The position numbers were made by a program, and so were the translations under genes. Shown piece by piece: positions 1 to 5,894 of a DNA stretch of 11,154 nucleotides. Position 1 is the stretch's first letter. Each line of letters opens with the position of its first letter. Origin of the DNA: Candidatus Auribacterota bacterium (lineage in GTDB: Bacteria > Auribacterota > UBA6266); the NCBI GenBank assembly GCA_023136205.1, contig JAGLRQ010000007.1, forward strand, positions 1-11,154, read 5' to 3'. Under the pieces are notes generated by a model. That model ran no database searches. It had not been told where the DNA came from and worked only from the letters and a program-made list of their open reading frames with translations.

Positions 1-453
1 TCTAAAAAGCTAAAAATGGACTTTGCCGAAATGGATGACCTTATCGAACAGGAAGCTGAAATGACAATATCAAAAATCTTTACAGAAAAAGGCGAAAAAT
101 ACTTTAGGACTATGGAACGTGAAGTGGTAAAGGGCCTTGCCTCAAGAAACAATATAATTATTTCAACCGGAGGAGGCGTTGTTCTCAACAAAAACAACCT
201 GGATGACTTCAAGAAAAACGGTGTTACAATCTCACTTATGGTTTCTCCAGAGATTGTACTTAGAAGAACAGCAGATACAAATCACAGACCGCTGCTCAAT
301 GTCAGTGATAAGTTAAAAGAAATAACAAATCTTCTCAAAACAAGGAAAGACCATTATGAGCAAGCGGACTATATAATAGAGACTGATAAACTTACGCCTG
401 AAGAAGTGACCCGCGAAATAATCCAAAGATTAGAAGAACGGTGTAAAAAATAA
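1..453 (+). CDS. aroK: Shikimate kinase, 5'-truncated at the window edge
   Basis: ORF 16..453 stays open in frame back to base 1 (SKKLK-MDFAEMDDLIEQE...). The sequence matches the part of shikimate kinases after the P-loop (D-x-D region, ISTGGGVV, RPLL). The Walker A motif must lie off-window. Stop TAA 451..453. Confidence 0.9.
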   Translation, partial: SKKLKMDFAEMDDLIEQEAEMTISKIFTEKGEKYFRTMEREVVKGLASRNNIIISTGGGVVLNKNNLDDFKKNGVTISLMVSPEIVLRRTADTNHRPLLNVSDKLKEITNLLKTRKDHYEQADYIIETDKLTPEEVTREIIQRLEERCKK

Positions 454-469
454 TCACGAAACACTGTTC
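436..469. terminator. Candidate hairpin at the convergent aroK/pilD junction (possible bidirectional terminator)
   Basis: GAACGGTGT (436..444) pairs with ACACTGTTC (461..469): 9 bp including one G.T. The 16-nt A-rich loop contains the aroK stop, and only 17 nt separate the two stop codons. Weaknesses: large loop, no clean U-tract on the plus transcript, and the G.T becomes a C.A mismatch on the minus transcript. Confidence 0.25.
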
Positions 470-470
470 T

Positions 471-1271
471 TCAAAACAATCCCAAGTACCAATCAACCAA
501 TTTGTTGCCCCAGAGAATTGATACCACAGCACCTATGGCAAGATAAGGACCAAATGGAACTTTGCCTTTCCATGTTTTGTTTTTGATTAAAAGGGCTGTG
601 CCTCCGATAACTGTTCCAACAATTGATGAAATCGCTATACTCAAAAAAACAACAAGTACCCCGCCAAAAGAACCTATCATCGCAATCAGCTTAACATCAC
701 CAAAACCCATCGCATCCTTTTTAAGAAGTTTTGAACCGGCCAGGGACACCGCGCTAAGAACAGCAAAACCTGTCACGGCTCCAAGAAAAGACCTGTACAA
801 ACCAAGATACCACTTTGCTTCACCCTGAAGATGCGGGAAAAATGACGAAGCAAGAAGAGCAAAAACAAGCCCGATAATATTACATTCATCCGGTATCACA
901 AAATGTTTTAAATCAATAAATGAGACAACAATAAGAAGAGAAAAGAACATTATCCTGAAAACAACCTCCGCGGCACCCGAGGAGAAAAGAAATGCTGTCA
1001 GGAAAAGAATTCCTGTAAGCAGCTCTACTATAAAATAGACAGGCGAGATAGGCTTCCCGCAATTTCTACATTTACCCTGAAGGATAATATAACTTAATAA
1101 TGGAATATTATCATACCACTTTATTTTTGCCTTGCAGTTAGGGCAATGTGATAGTGGAAATATAATTGAAAGCTCCTCAGGAAGACGATAAATACAAACA
1201 TTTAAAAAACTTCCAACGATTGTTCCGAAGATAAAAAAGACTGATGACCAAAATATATTAATTGGATTCAT
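471..1271 (-). CDS. pilD: Type IV prepilin peptidase / N-methyltransferase (peptidase A24 family)
   Basis: 266-aa polytopic membrane ORF with an N-terminal four-Cys cluster (CPNC...CRNC). Both catalytic Asp contexts are present (FVIPDE and GFGDVKL), typical of A24 prepilin peptidases. ATG at 1271 overlaps the upstream stop as ATGA, and no obvious SD precedes it. Confidence 0.9.
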   Translation of the reverse strand: MNPINIFWSSVFFIFGTIVGSFLNVCIYRLPEELSIIFPLSHCPNCKAKIKWYDNIPLLSYIILQGKCRNCGKPISPVYFIVELLTGILFLTAFLFSSGAAEVVFRIMFFSLLIVVSFIDLKHFVIPDECNIIGLVFALLASSFFPHLQGEAKWYLGLYRSFLGAVTGFAVLSAVSLAGSKLLKKDAMGFGDVKLIAMIGSFGGVLVVFLSIAISSIVGTVIGGTALLIKNKTWKGKVPFGPYLAIGAVVSILWGNKLVDWYLGLF

Positions 1272-1555
1272 TGTAATTCATCACTTAAATCCTTTAATTC
1301 AGGATTTACACCTTTAACTAAATTTAATTTCCACTCACGATGCCAGTTTTTTAATTGTTTTTCACAATTAATCGCGTCTGTTATTTGTTCAAAAAACTCG
1401 TAATAAACCAAAAAGCTGCATTTATATTTCAATGGGAACTTTGCTCCGATACCTCTTTTATGTTCTGCTAATCTGCGTAATAAATCATTTGTTACACCGA
1501 TGTAGAACGTGGTTCTTTTGTAGTTCGACAATATGTAAACATATCCGCTGTTCAT
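1268..1555 (-). CDS. Small stand-alone GIY-YIG (URI-domain) nuclease family protein
   Basis: GYVYIL...FYIGVTNDLLRRLAEHK...E..K.W.R.WK is the GIY-YIG core as seen in small UPF0213/YhbQ-like proteins. The ORF track starts at a TTG (1579) whose first 8 codons are simply the translated hairpin repeat. I call the first ATG (1555, MNSGYVYIL...) as the start. Stop TGA 1268..1270 overlaps the pilD ATG. Confidence 0.88.
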   Translation of the reverse strand: MNSGYVYILSNYKRTTFYIGVTNDLLRRLAEHKRGIGAKFPLKYKCSFLVYYEFFEQITDAINCEKQLKNWHREWKLNLVKGVNPELKDLSDELQ

Positions 1556-1564
1556 GTTGTTTTT

Positions 1565-1592
1565 AAGATCCCGAAACAAGTTCGGGATGACA
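1565..1592 (-). repeat. 28-nt hairpin repeat, copy C (canonical orientation TGTCAT-CCCGAA-CTTGT-TTCGGG-ATCTT on the minus strand)
   Basis: Plus strand reads AAGATCCCGAAACAAGTTCGGGATGACA, identical over 28/28 nt to 1729..1756. It forms an 8-bp stem ATCCCGAA/TTCGGGAT with a 5-nt loop. It ends 9 nt upstream of the GIY-YIG ATG. Confidence 0.9.
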
Positions 1593-1594
1593 TG

Positions 1595-1647
1595 TTAGGT
1601 GTTCGGAATAACATTTTAGGTATTTTAATATCTTAAGTATTCGGAAT
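1595..1647 (+). repeat. Two decayed half-copies of the hairpin repeat (right arm only)
   Basis: TTAGGTGTTCGGAAT (1595..1609) and TTAAGTATTCGGAAT (1633..1647) match 13/15. Both resemble the right arm plus flank of the full repeat (GTTCGGGATGACATGTT versus GTTCGGAATAACATTTT, 14/17). No complementary left arm is present. Confidence 0.6.
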
Positions 1648-1676
1648 TTTTTCCACTTATTACCATGTTGCCTCAC

Positions 1677-1704
1677 TGTCATGCTGAACTTGTTTCAGCA
1701 TCTT
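1677..1704 (+). repeat. 28-nt hairpin repeat, copy B (inverted relative to the other two, covarying stem)
   Basis: Plus strand reads TGTCAT-GCTGAA-CTTGT-TTCAGC-ATCTT, versus TGTCAT-CCCGAA-CTTGT-TTCGGG-ATCTT for the reverse complement of the other copies (24/28 identity). All 4 differences are two compensated base pairs (C:G to G:C and C:G to T:A). Flanks and loop are unchanged. Confidence 0.9.
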
Positions 1705-1728
1705 TTCTCCTTTACATCCTGGCCTTTC

Positions 1729-1756
1729 AAGATCCCGAAACAAGTTCGGGATGACA
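1729..1756 (-). repeat. 28-nt hairpin repeat, copy A
   Basis: Identical to 1565..1592. On the minus strand it starts 18 nt after the aroE stop. It forms an inverted pair with copy B across a 24-nt spacer. Confidence 0.9.
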
Positions 1757-1774
1757 GTTTGGATATTTATCGAA

Positions 1775-2686
1775 TTACAATTCTTTTACCTTAAAATGTT
1801 TTTTTAGGGCTTCTTCCATTGCTTTGTAAGCGTTTAAAAATGGCTGTTTCCTGCCCGTAAACTCTTCCATCCATAAATCAGATGCCCACATTCCCTGGTA
1901 GAGGAGCATTAATAACCCTCCACAACATTTCAGCCCCTTCTGTTTAGCATCTTTTAATAAGGGAGTTTCCAAAGGATTATAAACAAGGTCAAACACAAAC
2001 TGTTCAGAATGCAAAACTTCTGTGTTGATACTTTTTCTTGTATCTCTGCCCATTCCAAGAGGAGTGGCGTTTACAATTATATCTGCTTCTTTTACATGTT
2101 CATCAACTGCGCTTTCGGCAACATTTCTTATCTCCGGCTTATATCTATCTGTCCCGTATGATGCGGCAAGATGCTTTACTAACTCAGAAGCCTTAGAATT
2201 ATCCACATCAAAAACAAAAATTTTCTCAGCATCTTCAACAAGTGCTCCTGCCGCAACTGCTCTCCCCGCGCCTCCAGCACCCGCAATAAAAACTTTCTTA
2301 TCTTTAAAAAATTTTACAGCTTTTGAATTTAAGCCAAATTTGTTCTTATATGCCCCAAGAAAACCATAAACATCTGTATTATATCCCCAGAGAACTCCAT
2401 TTTTGTTCACAATAGTATTAATCGCGCCAATAATGTTTACGTAATCATTTTCGTCATCAATTTTATCTACTAAACCTTTTGCGTCAACCTTATAAGGAAT
2501 AGTTACATTACACCCTAAATATTCACCAGAGTCCCTGATTTCTTTAATTTTGGATTCTAGTTCTTCTGGAAGGATATCGCATAACTCATAAGTAACATCA
2601 ACACCGAGAGCCTTAAACCCCGCGTTCTGGAAAACAGGTGAAGCCGAATGGCCTAATGGATGGCCCAGAAGAAGTACTTTTTTCAT
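1775..2686 (-). CDS. aroE: Shikimate 5-dehydrogenase
   Basis: 303-aa ORF with the N-terminal GHPLGHSASP substrate motif, NVTIPYK, and the glycine-rich NADP site GAGGAGRAV. The ATG sits 2 nt after the leuA stop (TAAccATG) with no strong SD, suggesting translational coupling. Confidence 0.92.
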   Translation of the reverse strand: MKKVLLLGHPLGHSASPVFQNAGFKALGVDVTYELCDILPEELESKIKEIRDSGEYLGCNVTIPYKVDAKGLVDKIDDENDYVNIIGAINTIVNKNGVLWGYNTDVYGFLGAYKNKFGLNSKAVKFFKDKKVFIAGAGGAGRAVAAGALVEDAEKIFVFDVDNSKASELVKHLAASYGTDRYKPEIRNVAESAVDEHVKEADIIVNATPLGMGRDTRKSINTEVLHSEQFVFDLVYNPLETPLLKDAKQKGLKCCGGLLMLLYQGMWASDLWMEEFTGRKQPFLNAYKAMEEALKKHFKVKEL

Positions 2687-2688
2687 GG

Positions 2689-4233
2689 TTAAATCAACCT
2701 GCTTCTCTTTCTTGAAGTTTTACCGGATATAACCTTATTGACCGCGTTGAGATAAGCTTTTGCGCTTGCTTCGACAATGTCAGTACTCGCGCCCCTGCCA
2801 TTAACAATCCTACCGCTGCCAAAGTCAACTTTGACAATAACTTCACCAAGAGCATCTTTTCCTTCTGTCACAGAATGGATACCGTAATTAAGTAAGGACC
2901 CTTTAATTTTTGTTATTTTGTCTATTGCTTTATAAATCGCGTCTACAGGCCCATCACCGGAAGCATCTTTGGCAATTTTAACTTTATCTTTTTCCAGGGT
3001 AACAGAGACTTTCGGAATGTCACCGGTCTTGTAACTTATATTCAGGGTTTGAAATTTATAGACTTCTTTAATCTCCGCGATTTCATCATTAACAATCGTT
3101 ATAAGGTCTTCATCATATATTGTTTTCTTCTTGTCAGAAAGAATCTTAAATCTACTGAATGCTTTCTCAAAGTCCTTGTCAGAAAGTTTAAACCCAAGAC
3201 TTTTGATTCTTTCTTTAAAGGCATGCCTGCCGGAATGCTTGCCCAAGACGAGTTTTGTTTTTTCCACGCCAACATCCTGAGGTTTCATTATTTCATATGT
3301 CTTTCTTGACTTTAATATCCCGTCCTGATGTATTCCCGCCTCATGGGCAAAAGCATTCTCCCCAACCACAGCTTTGTTAGGTTGAACAACGATTCCGGTA
3401 ATACGGCTGACAAGACGGCTTGTCTTAATTATCTCTTCAGTCTTGACATCAGTGTAACACCTAAAATAATCACCCCTTGTTTTAATACCCATGACAATTT
3501 CTTCGATTGAACAGTTTCCCGCCCTTTCACCAATCCCGTTTACGGTACATTCAACCTGGCGGGCTCCATTTATCACAGCGGCAAGCGAATTAGAAACAGC
3601 AAGGCCAAGGTCATTATGGCAATGAACACTTATAACAGCCTTGTCTATATTTGAAACATTTTCAAACAGGTATTTTATGGTATTTGCGAACTCTCCGGGT
3701 ATCGCGTACCCCACTGTATCCGGTATGTTTACAGTGGTGGCTCCTGCTTTTACGACCGCCTCCACCACTCTTGCAAGAAATTTGGATTCTGTCCTTGACG
3801 CATCTTCAGGAGAAAATTCAATATCTTTACAAAACTTTTTCGCGTATTTCACCGCTTCAACAGCCTGGGAAAGAATTTCTTCCTCGGCTTTTTTGAGTTT
3901 GTATTTCATGTGAATTTTGGATGTCGCGAGAAAAACATGTATTCTCTTTCTCTTAGCCTTCTTAACAGCTTCAGCCGCACAATCAATATCCTTCTTTAAC
4001 GACCGTGCCAATCCGGAAATTATCGGGCCGTTAATCTCAGAGGCAATACCCTTCACCGCCTCAAAATCACCGGGAGAAGAAATAGGAAACCCCGCTTCTA
4101 TCGCGTCTACATTAAGACGCACAAGTTGACGGGCAACCTCAAGTTTCTCCTTTATGTTCATACTCGCTCCCGGAGACTGTTCCCCATCTCTCAGGGTTGT
4201 GTCATATATTACTATTTTATCTTTCTTTTTCAT
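2689..4233 (-). CDS. leuA: 2-isopropylmalate synthase
   Basis: 514 aa with TLRDGEQSPG at the N-terminus, VHCHNDLGLAV metal-site context, GIGERAGN, and a C-terminal LeuA-dimer/regulatory-type domain. Length fits the bacterial short form. The paralogue citramalate synthase (CimA) cannot be strictly excluded by eye. Confidence 0.88.
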   Translation of the reverse strand: MKKKDKIVIYDTTLRDGEQSPGASMNIKEKLEVARQLVRLNVDAIEAGFPISSPGDFEAVKGIASEINGPIISGLARSLKKDIDCAAEAVKKAKRKRIHVFLATSKIHMKYKLKKAEEEILSQAVEAVKYAKKFCKDIEFSPEDASRTESKFLARVVEAVVKAGATTVNIPDTVGYAIPGEFANTIKYLFENVSNIDKAVISVHCHNDLGLAVSNSLAAVINGARQVECTVNGIGERAGNCSIEEIVMGIKTRGDYFRCYTDVKTEEIIKTSRLVSRITGIVVQPNKAVVGENAFAHEAGIHQDGILKSRKTYEIMKPQDVGVEKTKLVLGKHSGRHAFKERIKSLGFKLSDKDFEKAFSRFKILSDKKKTIYDEDLITIVNDEIAEIKEVYKFQTLNISYKTGDIPKVSVTLEKDKVKIAKDASGDGPVDAIYKAIDKITKIKGSLLNYGIHSVTEGKDALGEVIVKVDFGSGRIVNGRGASTDIVEASAKAYLNAVNKVISGKTSRKRSRLI

Positions 4234-4247
4234 TTCTCAGTTCCTGC

Positions 4248-5240
4248 TTATTTCGCAAGCCATTTCATCATTCCTCGAAGTTTTGCTCCGACTTTCTCAA
4301 TAAGATGTTCCTTCCCCTGTCTTACAAGCGCGTTAAACCGGGGCTTTCCTACCTGATTTTCAAGGAGCCACTCTGTCGCGAATTCACCGCTTTGTATTTC
4401 TTTGAGAATTTTTTTCATTTCCCTTCTTGTCTTTTCAGTAACAATCCTCGGGCCTCTGGTCACATCTCCATATTCCGCAGTATCAGAAATAGAATATCTC
4501 ATACCCGCAATACCCTTCGCGTACATTAGGTCAACTATAAGCTTAAGCTCGTGTAAACATTCAAAATAAGCTATTTCCGGCTGATAACCTGCCTCAACCA
4601 GGGTGTCAAAACCCGCTTTTACAAGTTCTGTCGTACCGCCACAAAGAACAACCTGTTCACCAAATAAATCCGTTTCGGTTTCTTCCGCGAATGTGGTTTC
4701 TAAAACTCCGGCTCTTGTCCCGCCAATTCCTCTCGCGTAAGACAAAGCTGTTTTCTTCGCCTTTCCGGAAGCATCCCGAAAAACGGCTATAAGACATGGC
4801 ACTCCTCCTCCCCCTGTGAAAACATCCCTAACAAGATGTCCAGGGCCTTTTGGAGCAACCATAATAACATCAACGTCCGCCGGCGGAACAATCTGGCCGT
4901 AATGGATATTAAAGCCATGGGAAAAAACCAGCGTTTTCCCTTTTTTCATATGCTTCTTAATTAACTCTTTATAAACAATAGACTGAACCTGATCGGGAAC
5001 AAGTATCTGGATAATATCGTTTTTTTTCGCAGCTTCATCCGCGCTTACCGGTTTAAAACCATGCTTTACCGCAAGCTTGTAGTTAGCGGTCCCCGGAACT
5101 TCAGCTACCGTTACCTTAACTCCGCTGTCCCTGAGATTTTGCGCCTGGGCATGCCCCTGGCTGCCATAACCTATAATAGCTACCTTTTTATTTTTGATAA
5201 GTTTTATGTCCGCGTCTTTGTCATAATACATCTTTGTCAT
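4248..5240 (-). CDS. ilvC: Ketol-acid reductoisomerase (class I)
   Basis: 330 aa with [19 protein letters not shown] dinucleotide-binding motif and a conserved C-terminal knotted-domain sequence (EYGD, LLENQ). SD-like AAGGGG lies 6 nt before the ATG. Confidence 0.96.
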   Translation of the reverse strand: MTKMYYDKDADIKLIKNKKVAIIGYGSQGHAQAQNLRDSGVKVTVAEVPGTANYKLAVKHGFKPVSADEAAKKNDIIQILVPDQVQSIVYKELIKKHMKKGKTLVFSHGFNIHYGQIVPPADVDVIMVAPKGPGHLVRDVFTGGGGVPCLIAVFRDASGKAKKTALSYARGIGGTRAGVLETTFAEETETDLFGEQVVLCGGTTELVKAGFDTLVEAGYQPEIAYFECLHELKLIVDLMYAKGIAGMRYSISDTAEYGDVTRGPRIVTEKTRREMKKILKEIQSGEFATEWLLENQVGKPRFNALVRQGKEHLIEKVGAKLRGMMKWLAK

Positions 5241-5303
5241 CCCTTGCCCCTTTCGTTGAATTAAAAATTTGTTTGCCCTTTGAACTTTTTTTGAAAGACT
5301 TTT

Positions 5304-5777
5304 TTATCCTCTCGCAATAGCTATCCTGCCTGTCCGTGACAGCTCTTTTATACCAAAGGGCCTCAGCATATCAAATATGGCATTCACTTTCAAATCGTTG
5401 CCTGTTACCTCGATAGTCATACTTTTTGTTTTTATATCAATTATCTTTGCTCTGAATATCTCAACTATCTGCAATACTTCGTGTCTGGTTTTGCCGTCTA
5501 CTGAAACCTTAACAAGTATAAGCTCTCTGCCGACAAAATCCTTTCCCATAAAATCCTGAACTTTTATAACATCAATAAGCTTATTAAGCTGTTTACAAAC
5601 CTGTTCTACAACAGCATTGTCCCCTTTTACTACTATAGTCATTCTGGAAATAGAAGGGTCCTGCGTCTCACCTACGGCCAGACTGTCAATATTGAAGCCG
5701 CGGGCACTAAACAATCCCGCGATTCTTGCCAAGACACCAGCTTTATTTTCAACCAAAACGCTAATTGTATGTTTCAT
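5304..5777 (-). CDS. ilvN: Acetolactate synthase small (regulatory) subunit
   Basis: ACT-domain start MKHTISVLVENKAGVLARIAGLFSARGFNIDSL is typical of IlvN/IlvH. The ORF track begins at a TTG (5813). ATG 5777 is preceded by GGAGG (5787..5783) with a 5-nt spacer and matches where homologues start, so I call 5777. Confidence 0.92.
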   Translation of the reverse strand: MKHTISVLVENKAGVLARIAGLFSARGFNIDSLAVGETQDPSISRMTIVVKGDNAVVEQVCKQLNKLIDVIKVQDFMGKDFVGRELILVKVSVDGKTRHEVLQIVEIFRAKIIDIKTKSMTIEVTGNDLKVNAIFDMLRPFGIKELSRTGRIAIARG

Positions 5778-5799
5778 CACAACCTCCGTTTTTATTTCG

Positions 5800-5881
5800 C
5801 CTGCCTGACCCAAGGAATTCGTAGAATTCCCGGGACTAAAGTCCTTGGAATCTTTCAGATTCCTAAGGGCCGGCAGGCAGG
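5800..5881 (-). other. Nested-palindrome structured element in the ilvB-ilvN spacer
   Basis: Outer 8-bp stem: CCTGCCTG (5800..5807) with CAGGCAGG (5874..5881). Inside it: GGAATTC/GAATTCC (5814..5820 with 5824..5830, 3-nt loop), GGAC/GTCC (5833..5836 with 5841..5844), GGAATCT/AGATTCC (5847..5853 with 5857..5863, 3-nt loop), and a competing CCAAGGA/TCCTTGG pair (5810..5816 with 5842..5848). The outer stem's 3' arm on the mRNA ends 12 nt before the ilvN SD. Confidence 0.6.
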
Positions 5882-5894
5882 GATTTATATCTTT

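Noticed and set aside
1565-1756. Possible mini CRISPR array, given three 28-nt repeats.
   Set aside because: The copies alternate in orientation, the spacers are very unequal (84 and 24 nt), the middle copy differs by covarying changes, and no cas genes or leader are in the window. A dispersed REP-like hairpin family explains it better.
1729-1756. Hairpin copy A as the intrinsic terminator of the ilv-leu-aroE operon.
   Set aside because: On the minus transcript the 8-bp stem is followed by CUUGAAAGG rather than a U-tract. It may still pause or stabilise the RNA, but it does not fit a canonical rho-independent terminator.
3011-3022. TTCGGAATGTCA inside leuA, and ATCCCGAAA at 4773..4781 inside ilvC, both resembling arms of the hairpin repeat.
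   Set aside because: No complementary arm is nearby, and both lie inside conserved coding sequence. Short partial matches like these are expected by chance.
5778-5813. TTG-initiated 12-codon extension of ilvN (MGQAGEIKTEVV).
   Set aside because: The in-frame ATG 5777 has a GGAGG at ideal spacing and matches the homologue start. The extension would also run through the SD and into the palindromic element.
5815-5834. GAATTC-GTA-GAATTC-CCGGG (two EcoRI sites plus a SmaI/XmaI site), which looks like a cloning polylinker or vector scar.
   Set aside because: The sites are simply arms of the nested inverted repeats within a larger symmetric element bounded by the 8-bp outer stem. There is no other vector-like sequence, and both flanking genes are intact and native-looking.
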